DNA of 51,675 nucleotides from a virus. Taxonomy: Duplodnaviria > Caudoviricetes. A program made the translations under genes and the position numbers. This document shows, piece after piece, positions 1 through 10,175 of the stretch. The notes under the pieces are model-generated. The model was not told where the DNA came from. It ran no database searches and saw nothing but the letters and a program-made list of their open reading frames with translations. Each line of letters starts with the position of its first letter. The first letter of the stretch is position 1. The DNA is taken from IMG/VR virus record IMGVR_UViG_3300008255_000165, positions 1 through 51,675 of that record; one strand, 5' to 3'.

Positions 1-130
1 CCGGGCCAGTCTTCGCGGAGGGGTTTCCGGCGAGGTTCTGCTTGATGGAGTCGAGCAGCCCCGGGCCAGTCTTCGCGGAGGGGTTTCCGGCGAGGTTCTG
101 CTTGATGGAGTCGAGCAGCCCCGAGCCAGT
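1..130. repeat. Perfect 60-bp tandem repeat (2 copies plus a partial one; may continue past the edge) encoding GLLDSIKQNLAGNPSAKTGP in the TMP frame
   Basis: 1-60 and 61-120 are identical; 121-130 is a degenerate copy. Confidence 0.95.
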
Positions 131-3100
131 AGGCTTCACGAAGCCTTGGTTTATATTCCCCTTAGCTGCAGATAACGCTGCGCCCAGACGGCCCGGCACA
201 GAAGGCAGGCTCTTAGCAAGACTAAATAGGCCGCCGCCGGCCTGCAGGGCTCCAGCCCCGGTCAGCCCAAGAAGGGAAGCGTTCGTAAGAGTGTTTAACG
301 CTTTCTCCTTACTAGATAAGTCAAACTCTGAGTACGTCTTGGCAGACAGCGCACCAACACCCTCGGCCGCCTTAATCGGCGCTGTAAATACAGAAGACGC
401 TCCGATAGCGAATGATTTTGCAATACCCTCTGGGCTAATAGGCTGCACACCCTTTGCAGCAAACTCGTCAGATAGCTTATTACCACCTCCTACGAGACCT
501 GCACCTACTGAACCTACCACCCTTTTCAGTAGGCTGGTGACAAAGTCATTTACCTCGCCGGCGCCTCCAACACCGCTATTATCGTTGGCTATGCTCAACC
601 TATTAAGAGTAGGATTCTCCTCAAATCTTGACTGTGAGCGCTGAAACTCAAGAATCTTCTCCTTCACGTTCAGAAGTGCGAGCTTGGCCCTCAATGCCTC
701 TTTGTAAGGCACCTTATACCTAACACCCTTCAGAGAAACAAACGCGCCTTCCTCTGGGCTATGACTGGGGAGGGTGATGCTACTAGCTAGGGTGCCTGCC
801 TCTACTTGCCTATCATAAAGGCCACGCAGCAGTGGGTTTCCAGACTGCCCGAAAGTAATCCCCCCTAGTGACTTTCGCAGCTGGCCCACATCTGCTAGGA
901 TGCTGGCCCCCTTTCCTCCGATAGCTTGCAGAGCTATGGCCCCCTCCTTAGTAAACTGGGAGCGCGCCCTGGCTGGGTCGACAACCGCCACATCCTGAGG
1001 GGACCCTACCTGGCTTACAAGCTCGCTAATAGATTTTTGCTGAGACGCTGCTAAGCGAGCGCTTTTCTCTGCAGAGTACTCTAGAAGAGCAGGGTTGTTC
1101 AATGCCCTATCTATACTAGCGGCACCTACGCCAGCGGCTATCTTATCTGCTTCGGTAGCTGCTGTATACTCTTGCAAAGAGGAAAAGCCCTTTCTAACGG
1201 CCTCCTGGTACTTTATGTACCCAGACTTAGCTTTCGTTACTGCCTCTTCAAAATCATTAGTCTTATTGCCTCCCACCGCAGACGGAGGAACAGCTATACG
1301 GGACGAGTCAAACAGGTCGGAGTCTTCGGAGTTCGACAGTACTATCCTACCGCCCTTACTTACGCCTACGTAAGAGCTCCCCGTGCCCTCAGGACCACCG
1401 TACCCCCCACCAGGGTAAGCAGAAGGCTTATAGCTGAATCCGGCAGATAGAAGAGACCGACCATCCGATACCTGTGTAGGGTCGTGTAGCGTCTTTACAC
1501 CAGCTACTCCCTCGCCGTTTAGAGGGCCCTCCGCAAGCGTACGGCCCTTAGGAGAAACGAAGTTACCGTTCTCATCATACCAGCCGTTCTCTTTCAGAAT
1601 CAGGCCACCCTTAGCGTAGCCAGGTAGCTTACCGGAGCGCAGCGCACTAAGCGCTCCCTGCCCATACGAAGAGGACAAACTACGAACAGCAGTTCTAGGA
1701 AGAACAAACTCACCGGAGGTAAGCATTGCGGGTACTTGGTCAACACCACTGGGACCGTGCACTATTCCGCCCAAGGCCTTTTTGACGGGGGCGGAAAAGT
1801 CTATCGGCAGAGAAGGAACAGCGTCGCTCTTAGCTGTGCCCTTTAGTGCGTTAGCTACCATCTCTGGGATAGACTTTACCAGTTTATCAAACGCCTCACT
1901 AACATCGCCAGCGGATACTGCTAGCTTATCTAAGGTAGTAACTAGGGGGTCTGACGAACCTGCTACTGCCTTCACGGCCTCGTCAAAAAAGTTGCCATCT
2001 AGAGGAGAAGCTGGTCTTTTACTATCGGTAAATGCTGTAAAAGCTGCTGTGTTTTCCCTAATCTTGGCTAAGTCAGAGTTAGCAGTCCTGGTCAGGTCCT
2101 CAAGAGGGCCTAGTGTAATCTTACGCTGGTTCTCAAGAGTGGCCTTAGTGTTGCCTTCCTGCAGCTTAGAAATCTCAGCCGATAGGTTCTGAAGAGATGG
2201 CAGCCCTTGGAAGTACTTCTTACCGCCAACCTCTTTGACGTCGCCCGCAGAGGCCAGCTCTGACTTGAGCACCTCAATAAGATTGCCAACGGGTGCACCG
2301 CGCCTTTCAGCCTGAGCCAGCACTTGAAGAGCCTGCTTGCCCGCATTAACCTCAGTCGAAAGCTTCTCACGTTCCTTGGCCTGGGCCTCTGTAATACCAA
2401 CCTCTTTCTTGTCAAACTTCAGCTTCTCCAGCTCTCGTTGAATATTTCGGTACTGGTCAGCTGTGACTCCCTGCTCCAGCTGTGACTTAAGCTGTTCTTC
2501 GCGCTGCTGAAATTTATTGAGGTCCGTTCCTTTCTGCCCGAACTGCGCAGGCTGAACAGAGAACGCGCTCTTACCTAGAGCCCTGTCAATTGAGGAGGTA
2601 TCGAAGCTAATCCGCGAAGCTATCTCTAACGTGGATACTAGCCCCTCAATCTTCTTCTTGACGTCCTCCAGTATAAGCAGGCGTCGCGCCGACTCGGCGA
2701 ATCTACCAATTTCGGAGTTAGAAGTTTGTATAACCCTAGTGAGTCTATCCCTAATGGCCTTCTCTTTATCCAGAGCACTAGAGATTGCTAGAGAAGCACG
2801 TACACCTATCTCGGTCTTATCACGTCTAATTGTAGCCAGGCGCTCTTCATTTTTAGTAATCTCCGTACCTAATGATTTAAGCACGCGCAGAGACTCTGGG
2901 CGAATAACTGACTGAAAATCCTCCACCGCCCTAAAAATACCACCAAAAGTCTTCTGCAAACGCTCAAGCGGAGACAGGTCTTCTTGCGCCTTGCCAACAT
3001 TAGGACTGGAGGTTACAAGCCCCTTCAAAGCTCCCGCAAGCGGGCCGGCAAGCTTTCTGTCGATATCCTTACCGGTAAGCTGAGATTTTATCGTACGAAG

Positions 3101-6100
3101 CGATGTATCCAGCGTATGTGCAAAAGTTTGCACAGAGAACGCGCTGCTAGCTACCTCTGCGTTGAAGCTGTCCAGTGTAGCGGAGAGAGCAGCGTTAGCT
3201 TTCTGAAGCTGAATAACTCCACCCAACATACTCCTAAACTTCTTCTCTAACGCATCTACAGCCTGACCAGTATTAACAGTGGTAGTCCCACCAACCTTTA
3301 AGCTGTCCGGTCGAGCAGATATGCCGGCCTGTATGGCTTTCTTAATAGCCCCCTCAAAGCCGGGGGAGTTTACAAACATAACAGCCTGCGTAGCTTGTGA
3401 ATACGCAGCAGAATCCCCCTGTACAGCATTATAAGCTGCTCGGGCCGAGCCTCTTTTGCCGAGGCCTATGGAGGAAAGCACTGTGGCAAAACCAAATTTC
3501 ACGGAGTCTACAAGCCCGTTGGTCAAAGCTAGCCCAGGAGCTGCTCTAGCGTCTTCCCTGACTAGAGAAGCTATCTCTTTAATAGAGCTAGGAGAAGCGT
3601 CACCACGTGAAACTGCTTCTTTAATAGCGGCCGCTAGAACTTGTGGTGTGTCCTGCGAGGTCTTACCAGAAATCCTGCGTGGGCCGCTTTGTGCAGCGTC
3701 AGCTTGAGCTATAAGCCTTTCCTCAATAGAGCTTAGCGCGGCTGGGCCAAAAAACGACTGCATACTGTTAGAAAGTGAAGCAGAAATCGCAGTCTGGCTA
3801 GCTTTATCGGCCTGCTTCTGCTTGAGCTCCTGCTTGGTTGCATCTATAGTTTTCTGGTCAGCAGTACCATAAAGTAGGAGCTTGGTGAGCGTACCTAGTC
3901 CTTTAGCCGTCTGCTCAGTAGCTGTAGCGGTACGGCCTGTTAACTTCAGCTGTTGCTCTCTCTGAGCAAACGCCTTACTCTGCAGTGTTTTCTCTAAAGC
4001 AGTTTTAGCGTCCCCCGAAGCTTGGATGTTACGCACCAAAGAAATAACATCATCTGGAGTACCAAGCTTACCCAAAGAAGCCCGGAACTGCGTAAACAAG
4101 GCGGGCAAGTCAGCGGCAAGTCTCTGTGTGGCTTTAATCTGTGTAGCCTGCTGCTTGCTGGCGTCTTTGTTAGACGTGAGCTTATCAATCTGCTGACCAA
4201 AGTCCCTGTTAAACTTCTGAGCAGCCGTGAGCTCACCAGTAGTAGCTGTGGGCTTAAAGTTCCTAGACTGCACAACGCCGCGCTCTGCGCCGACCGCAAA
4301 CTGTGCTAGAAAGTCGTCTACAGAGCGGCCTATGTCTGCGGTCTGAAGCTTATACGCTGCCTTCTCGGACTCGATTCCAAGCTGCTGTACATCCGTAGCA
4401 AGCCTAAGCACAAATGACGAGACGTTAAGGTCAGCTGCTGCTTTCCTAAGAGAAGAGGAGAGCCCCACAGTGGCCTGCTCAGAGTTCTTGGTAATCTCTT
4501 TAAAAGTCCTCAGCGCTGTGTTGTAGTCCCGCTGGGCTTTTGAGGCTTGACGAAACAAATCAGGCAGTTCCTTGGCTACTCTCTGCTGAGGGGTTAGGTC
4601 TAGGTCAAGCCTAGCTCCAAGGTTAATCTGCCCGGAAAACGCGGTGCCCGCGCCGGCTCCGGTAACTATCTGTTTTACCTTATCAATCTCCTCCCCAACC
4701 CTCCGGGCGAGCTTCCCCGGAGATAGTACTTTAGCGTCAGATATACCGCTATTGATAAACTTCGAGGCCTCGTCCCTGACTAGTCGTCCAGCCCTATTAA
4801 ACCGCTCTACTATCAGCTTGCCTTCTTCATCAATCAGCAAGCGAGCTTGGCTAAGCTTGTCCTCTCCCGGCAGCCTAAAAACAAGAAAGGCATTCTCGAA
4901 ATCCCTGGCCCCCTTCTTTATCTGGTCCCGTATAAGCTCAACGTTACCCGCATCAAAAGGCAAGGGGTCGACCTTTTTAGCTGCAAACTTAGCAAGGGTG
5001 ACCTCGCCGATAGCGCCTACATCCTTTAGCCTAGTTTTAGTGCGCAGCAAGAGCCTGTTGAGAATATCAGAGGCATCTGCAGCCTTCCCAAGGGCGGGCA
5101 CAAGCTTGCTGTTCGCTGCGCTGGCTAACGCAGCTAGAACTTTAGACCCCCCTTCTGAATCCCCCAGTGTCTGGAAGAACTCTGCGGGCGTATCTTTATC
5201 GTATGAGTCTACCAACGCGTTAAGTCTGAACTCAGCTACCTTGAGCTCGGCGGAGTATTTGGATACCTCTTTTGAAGACTCAGCGATGCTACGCCTGAAG
5301 CGCTTAGTCGCCGAAGACTTATCGAAAGCACCCACGTTAGGCAATGAGCTAGTTACAGCTGTGTACGCTTTAAGACCAGAAACTAGCCTTGTGTTAGCAT
5401 CGTTGTACTTGTCAACAGTGCGCGCTGTCTTAAACATCGAAGCGCCTACTATCTCTGTAGCTACAGCTGCGGCCGCCTGTGTCTTCTTTATGGCAAGGCC
5501 CGTGGCGAGCACTGAAACCGCGGAAGAATTAAAGTTCTTCATCCCCGAGTCGGCCCTAAGAAGAGCGTTACCCATATCGTCGAAGCCTACAACCACATCA
5601 ACGGCCGCTGCACCCAGAGAAGGCAAGATATCAGTCTGAGCCCTGGCTAGTGCAAGCGACTCCAGCTCCGGGGGCTTGTAAGTACCTTGAGAACGCTGCT
5701 CGGCAGCCTTGGCGGGCGACGAAGCGCGCGCAGCTTCAATCCTCTTTTGCGCGTCCTCAAAAGCTCGCAGCTGCCCTTGGGCTTTTCTAGCCACGTTCAG
5801 CTGCTCCTCCATCACGGCGATGGGTTTCTTGAGCTTGTCCGCCGCCTCGAGGCCCGACTCTGTAACAGCTTTGTAGGCAGAGTACAGCCCATAAACAACG
5901 GCGACTACGGCAGTAATACCAAGAGCTAGGCCGCCCATCGAGGCTGTAAAGCCCGCGTTAGCGGTCAACGCCGCTCCCTGCGCTGCCGTCAACTTACCAA
6001 ATACCTGCCCTATAATAGGTACGGTGGTGGCTATAGCCAGCCCAATACCTGCAAACCGCTGCCCGAGACGCGCCGCCGTAAGGCCAAGCTTGCTAAAGAA

Positions 6101-9100
6101 TGAGTTCATGTCCGCTACGCCTAGAACGGCTGCCCCAGTGCTCTTATCTACGGCGCGCACCGCCACTGAGAACTTACTCATCTTGTTGGCGGTCTCGGTT
6201 GTGGTATTCCCCAGCGACCTAAGCGCACTATTAGCTAGATACACACCCTCAGCAGAAGTTGATAGACTCTTGACCGCATTCTTGGAGAAATCTCCAACCT
6301 GTATAGTTGCTGCCCTAAAGGGGTTGTCCTTAACCAGCGCAGTTGCTGCGTCTCCCAGTGAGTCTAAAGACTTACCAGCACCAATAGTACGAGCGCCAGC
6401 GCTGATAGAAGAAAATAGCCCCACAGATGCGCCCGGCAGCGCAGACATAGTGGAGAGTACCCCGTCTAGCCTATCACCTACACGAAGAGCTGCTACACCT
6501 AGTAGGCCAAAGCCACCTACGAAGGCCTGTATTGACGCGGGAAGTGCGTTGAATCCGGCAGTTAGAGCAGTAATTCCTCCAAGGACAAACTTTGCTGCCG
6601 GCAGAAATACACTACCCAGCTGTACTGCAGTCTGCTTTACCTGCTCCTTGAACAAGGACCACTGCTTCACGGCTGACTTCATTACCTCCTGATTTTCACG
6701 CATAGCCGAGCCAGCAGAGTCAGTACTAATAGCAGAAGCACTTACAAACTCGTTGAACCTCTCCATGATAACTAGGAACGTGTTGTACTGCCTAATGCCT
6801 GCAGCAGACTGTGCAACAGCTAGGCGTTGGGACTGTGATAGCGTTCCCCAGACCTTAGATAGGTCCGTAATGATTGGTAAGAAACCACGAAAGTTACCAG
6901 CAGCATCAGAAGCATCTACACCGATTTGCTTCAGAGCAGTGGCTGCGGCGGGACGAGTAAGCCTTTGAAAGATAAAACGTAGTGAGGTACCAATCTCCTT
7001 ACCAGTCTGCCTAGTAGCAGAGCCGATGGCAGAGACCAAACCGTTGAAGCTATCAAAATCTACGCCAGCGCCTCGGGCGGCTGTACCAGCCTTTTTAACC
7101 GCGTCGGCCAAAACATCTTCTGTTACGGCTGTCCTATTCGCTACCTCGTTCCACGAATCTAAGATTCTCTCGGACTGTGAAACCTCAAAGCCAAACTGCT
7201 TGAAAGCAGCAGTCAACGCTTCAGCAGCCTTCGGCGCGTCAAGAGAAGTAACGTTTTCCGCAAGGGCTGTGACCTGGCTGGCTGAACTTATGTCTGGCAG
7301 CTTAAGGCCCTGCTGGGCAAACGTAAACATGGTCTGCAGTACCGACTCGATGGAGGTACCAAACGTATTTGTAATAGCGTTGGCGGTATCAAGAACCTCA
7401 CGGCGGAAAGAGGAGAAGTCAGCGCTAGACCGTTGGATTACCTTTCCAACCTTGATTACCCCGGTTTCAACCTCTGTGATAGTAGTCAGGCCACTTCTAA
7501 GTACTGATAGCGCACCATAAAGAAGGCCTGAAGCTGTGCCCCACAAGGCCACGCGCCTTACAGCTGTCTGTAGGTCAGTCCTGCTTGCCAGCACTGTCCC
7601 TGCGGACTTAGCTACTAGAGCTAGCCTGCCATAACTATCAGTGGTGTTCTTGATAGTCAGGTCAAGCTTCTTCATACCACCGGTAGCAGAATCGGGGACC
7701 GAAAACTGGAAGCTTATGGGAGCAGCCCTCTGTCCAGAAGCTAACTTAGACTGCAGCTCGGACCTCTTCTCGGCTACGGTGCGCGCAAGCTGAGTAAAAG
7801 CCTGGTCTCTAGTAGCCCCTTGTGGCACAGAGTTCTTTTGAAGACCGCTACTAATTTGTCTAACAGCCTGTGCCGCAGCGCGTAGGTTCTCCGGGTCTAA
7901 GCCTTCTAGCTTGGCTCCTTTCGCCCTTGTGAGGTCGACTGCTAAAGCCGCTATCTGCTTACGAACGTCTGTAGCCGAGCCCTTGAGCTCATCGAAAATC
8001 TTATTAACTATCTCTGCCGGCTGGCGTAAAGCCTGTACCCCCTGCAGTGATTTTACTACCTCACTAGACAGCTTGTTGGTAATCCCGTCAGCCCCAAAAA
8101 GTGAGAGCGGAGCGTCGCTGCCTGTTCTTACGGCTGAAACCCGTCCGCGCTCCTGAGCCAGCGCACTAAACTGCTTCGCAGCGTCGCGTAGTTTAATCTC
8201 ATCGATGGGGTCTACATTCTTAAGAGCCTTCAGGTTCCTTATTACTACCTGAATCTCCTCATCTAGCCTTTCGACTGGAAGACGGGCGGCGTCTAGCTGC
8301 TTGTATAGCTCCTTGGCTAAGTCGTTGCCTGTCTTGAAAGAGCTTAGGTCGAGGGTGCCTAAGTTGTCACCTACTCCACCAAATGCAGCAGAGCTTACAG
8401 CGTTAGCACCCACCTTGCTCTTAGTGTTGCCCTGCGTAAAAATCTTCTGCTGGAGCTGCGCTGAAAACCTATCTGGCAGGGCCCCTCTCTGTAACTGGGT
8501 AGAGGTTGTAGTAAGTACCTGTCTAAGTACCTTCAGCTCCTCGTTAGCAATGCCATCCTCAGCCAAAACTCGGCCGGCTGCTGCAACTGACTCACGCAAA
8601 GTCTTCATAGAGTTGCCAGACGTTAGAATCTGGCTCTCTAGAAACTCCATAGCTAGCGCAACGGGCTCTGTCTTAACTAGGTTGAACTTTCTCTTGAAAT
8701 CCTCTACTTCGTCCTCTGTACCGTGGACAATAGTATCTATGGAACGCTTTATTTCACGACCAACTTTTCCGAGGCCGCGCGAACCCCCTACGTTCAGAAT
8801 ATCCGCGCCAGGAAGCGCTAAGCCCTCCGGGCCAGTGTACGGACCAGGGCTGCCCCCTCTAGGGGCGCCTGCTCGTTGTACATCAAGCGCCTGAGTGGAG
8901 ATATTGGCGAACTTTTTCTTCAGCTCATCGTACTCGTCGGCTGGTGCACCTCTTGCCGCTGCGTCGCGCAAAGCCCTATCGGCTGCCCTAACCTGTTCCT
9001 GCATCTGCCCAGTAAGAGCTACAGTCGTAGCATTACCTAGCTGCTTGAACGCCGTGTTAAACTTATTGGCAAACTCAGTGCCCTGTTCAACAATAGTGCC

Positions 9101-10147
9101 CTTCTTAATCTCCTGGATAATCCTGCGGACTTCGGTTACTTTTTCTTGTACTGTCTTACTAGAGTCCTCAAAGAGCTCACGCAGCGTGTTGGAGTACTTC
9201 GCCAAATGGGCGGGAAGCTTAGCGAACCTTTCTAGCGCTGTTTGTAGGTCGTTAGTTGGAACCTGCTTGGCTTCGCGCTGCAGGCCCTCTAGCACCTCGT
9301 TCAGCTCCCTAACATCCGAAACACCGACCTGGCCTGCATGTGAGCGGCCTCTCTTCCTGGCCAGAAGTGTAGCAGCTGTGCGTGTGGCGTTGCCCTCTTT
9401 GTAGATAAAAGGGTCGGTAGAAGATACAGCTGGGCGCGGGCCTGCGGCTGCTGCAGACGTGCTAGACGCATTCTGCGCAGCCGAGGCGGCGGCTGCGGAC
9501 GCCGCCGACGCTGTAATACTATCGCCGGCCTTCTTGATAGAATCGGCCAGGCCGTCCAGCTTCCCTACGAGGCGTGCAATGGCCCTATCTAGGTTAGTCC
9601 TACCACTGCTGCCGCCGTCCCCGCTGTCGCTGCTGTCTTTTGGGCTCGGCGTTCGAGGGGGCGGCGGGGGAGGGGGAGGAGCTGCACCGCTGGCAGCGGT
9701 CTTTAGACCCTCAGCCGCGGTCTTGAGCGTGTTTACGGAGGAAGTAACGGTACGTACTGTGGTTGGTAAGGTATCTAGGATAGCTACAAGCTTGTCAATG
9801 TTAGACGCGGCAGTCGCTACACTGCGCGTAGCGCTTCCACCAAGCTTGCCTGGTACAGACGCTAGTGCTGTTACTAGCTTGTTCACACTACGCGCAGCAG
9901 TATCAAGCTTAGCAGCAGAGTTACCGTTTGGGAGGCTCGAAGAAAAAATACGAGAAACAGCCTTCAGGGTCCCCTCAAGGGCCTGGGTCTGAGTCTTTAT
10001 AGCTGAGGACTGGGCTGCCTGGAAGGCTGCGGCTTTGATATCAAGCGGTATTTTGATACCCTTGATGTACTTCTCGAGCTCGCTGGTATCTCCAGGCTTA
10101 AGATTTAGGAGGGCGTCAAGATTGAACTTGAAATTGGTATCTGCCAT
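1..10147 (-). CDS. Tape measure protein, >3,380 aa, 3' end outside window
   Basis: ATG at 10147 (MADTNFKFNLDALLNLKP) after AAGGA RBS. Frame open wherever I translated it; the antisense + ORFs all share one register. TP901-type core at ~6600-7560 (ALWGTASGLLYG...KAAEALTAAFKQFG...ILDSWNEVAN...GKEIGTSLRFIFQR). GGIVHGPSGVDQVPAMLTSGEFV motif at ~1700-1780. Lies downstream of tail and chaperone genes. Confidence 0.92.
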   Translation of the reverse strand, partial: MADTNFKFNLDALLNLKPGDTSELEKYIKGIKIPLDIKAAAFQAAQSSAIKTQTQALEGTLKAVSRIFSSSLPNGNSAAKLDTAARSVNKLVTALASVPGKLGGSATRSVATAASNIDKLVAILDTLPTTVRTVTSSVNTLKTAAEGLKTAASGAAPPPPPPPPRTPSPKDSSDSGDGGSSGRTNLDRAIARLVGKLDGLADSIKKAGDSITASAASAAAASAAQNASSTSAAAAGPRPAVSSTDPFIYKEGNATRTAATLLARKRGRSHAGQVGVSDVRELNEVLEGLQREAKQVPTNDLQTALERFAKLPAHLAKYSNTLRELFEDSSKTVQEKVTEVRRIIQEIKKGTIVEQGTEFANKFNTAFKQLGNATTVALTGQMQEQVRAADRALRDAAARGAPADEYDELKKKFANISTQALDVQRAGAPRGGSPGPYTGPEGLALPGADILNVGGSRGLGKVGREIKRSIDTIVHGTEDEVEDFKRKFNLVKTEPVALAMEFLESQILTSGNSMKTLRESVAAAGRVLAEDGIANEELKVLRQVLTTTSTQLQRGALPDRFSAQLQQKIFTQGNTKSKVGANAVSSAAFGGVGDNLGTLDLSSFKTGNDLAKELYKQLDAARLPVERLDEEIQVVIRNLKALKNVDPIDEIKLRDAAKQFSALAQERGRVSAVRTGSDAPLSLFGADGITNKLSSEVVKSLQGVQALRQPAEIVNKIFDELKGSATDVRKQIAALAVDLTRAKGAKLEGLDPENLRAAAQAVRQISSGLQKNSVPQGATRDQAFTQLARTVAEKRSELQSKLASGQRAAPISFQFSVPDSATGGMKKLDLTIKNTTDSYGRLALVAKSAGTVLASRTDLQTAVRRVALWGTASGLLYGALSVLRSGLTTITEVETGVIKVGKVIQRSSADFSSFRREVLDTANAITNTFGTSIESVLQTMFTFAQQGLKLPDISSASQVTALAENVTSLDAPKAAEALTAAFKQFGFEVSQSERILDSWNEVANRTAVTEDVLADAVKKAGTAARGAGVDFDSFNGLVSAIGSATRQTGKEIGTSLRFIFQRLTRPAAATALKQIGVDASDAAGNFRGFLPIITDLSKVWGTLSQSQRLAVAQSAAGIRQYNTFLVIMERFNEFVSASAISTDSAGSAMRENQEVMKSAVKQWSLFKEQVKQTAVQLGSVFLPAAKFVLGGITALTAGFNALPASIQAFVGGFGLLGVAALRVGDRLDGVLSTMSALPGASVGLFSSISAGARTIGAGKSLDSLGDAATALVKDNPFRAATIQVGDFSKNAVKSLSTSAEGVYLANSALRSLGNTTTETANKMSKFSVAVRAVDKSTGAAVLGVADMNSFFSKLGLTAARLGQRFAGIGLAIATTVPIIGQVFGKLTAAQGAALTANAGFTASMGGLALGITAVVAVVYGLYSAYKAVTESGLEAADKLKKPIAVMEEQLNVARKAQGQLRAFEDAQKRIEAARASSPAKAAEQRSQGTYKPPELESLALARAQTDILPSLGAAAVDVVVGFDDMGNALLRADSGMKNFNSSAVSVLATGLAIKKTQAAAAVATEIVGASMFKTARTVDKYNDANTRLVSGLKAYTAVTSSLPNVGAFDKSSATKRFRRSIAESSKEVSKYSAELKVAEFRLNALVDSYDKDTPAEFFQTLGDSEGGSKVLAALASAANSKLVPALGKAADASDILNRLLLRTKTRLKDVGAIGEVTLAKFAAKKVDPLPFDAGNVELIRDQIKKGARDFENAFLVFRLPGEDKLSQARLLIDEEGKLIVERFNRAGRLVRDEASKFINSGISDAKVLSPGKLARRVGEEIDKVKQIVTGAGAGTAFSGQINLGARLDLDLTPQQRVAKELPDLFRQASKAQRDYNTALRTFKEITKNSEQATVGLSSSLRKAAADLNVSSFVLRLATDVQQLGIESEKAAYKLQTADIGRSVDDFLAQFAVGAERGVVQSRNFKPTATTGELTAAQKFNRDFGQQIDKLTSNKDASKQQATQIKATQRLAADLPALFTQFRASLGKLGTPDDVISLVRNIQASGDAKTALEKTLQSKAFAQREQQLKLTGRTATATEQTAKGLGTLTKLLLYGTADQKTIDATKQELKQKQADKASQTAISASLSNSMQSFFGPAALSSIEERLIAQADAAQSGPRRISGKTSQDTPQVLAAAIKEAVSRGDASPSSIKEIASLVREDARAAPGLALTNGLVDSVKFGFATVLSSIGLGKRGSARAAYNAVQGDSAAYSQATQAVMFVNSPGFEGAIKKAIQAGISARPDSLKVGGTTTVNTGQAVDALEKKFRSMLGGVIQLQKANAALSATLDSFNAEVASSAFSVQTFAHTLDTSLRTIKSQLTGKDIDRKLAGPLAGALKGLVTSSPNVGKAQEDLSPLERLQKTFGGIFRAVEDFQSVIRPESLRVLKSLGTEITKNEERLATIRRDKTEIGVRASLAISSALDKEKAIRDRLTRVIQTSNSEIGRFAESARRLLILEDVKKKIEGLVSTLEIASRISFDTSSIDRALGKSAFSVQPAQFGQKGTDLNKFQQREEQLKSQLEQGVTADQYRNIQRELEKLKFDKKEVGITEAQAKEREKLSTEVNAGKQALQVLAQAERRGAPVGNLIEVLKSELASAGDVKEVGGKKYFQGLPSLQNLSAEISKLQEGNTKATLENQRKITLGPLEDLTRTANSDLAKIRENTAAFTAFTDSKRPASPLDGNFFDEAVKAVAGSSDPLVTTLDKLAVSAGDVSEAFDKLVKSIPEMVANALKGTAKSDAVPSLPIDFSAPVKKALGGIVHGPSGVDQVPAMLTSGEFVLPRTAVRSLSSSYGQGALSALRSGKLPGYAKGGLILKENGWYDENGNFVSPKGRTLAEGPLNGEGVAGVKTLHDPTQVSDGRSLLSAGFSYKPSAYPGGGYGGPEGTGSSYVGVSKGGRIVLSNSEDSDLFDSSRIAVPPSAVGGNKTNDFEEAVTKAKSGYIKYQEAVRKGFSSLQEYTAATEADKIAAGVGAASIDRALNNPALLEYSAEKSARLAASQQKSISELVSQVGSPQDVAVVDPARARSQFTKEGAIALQAIGGKGASILADVGQLRKSLGGITFGQSGNPLLRGLYDRQVEAGTLASSITLPSHSPEEGAFVSLKGVRYKVPYKEALRAKLALLNVKEKILEFQRSQSRFEENPTLNRLSIANDNSGVGGAGEVNDFVTSLLKRVVGSVGAGLVGGGNKLSDEFAAKGVQPISPEGIAKSFAIGASSVFTAPIKAAEGVGALSAKTYSEFDLSSKEKALNTLTNASLLGLTGAGALQAGGGLFSLAKSLPSVPGRLGAALSAAKGNINQGFVKPTGSGLLDSIKQNLAGNPSAKTGPGLLDSIKQNLAGNPSAKTGP

Positions 10148-10175
10148 TTTATCCTTGCCTACGCCTAACCTGCGC

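Noticed and set aside
1-130. Repeat as a CRISPR array
   Set aside because: No spacers; in-frame coding tandem repeat
42-9992. Many + strand ORFs of up to 331 aa
   Set aside because: Antisense shadows of the tape measure gene; mostly one register, Ser/Leu/Ala-rich, no RBS
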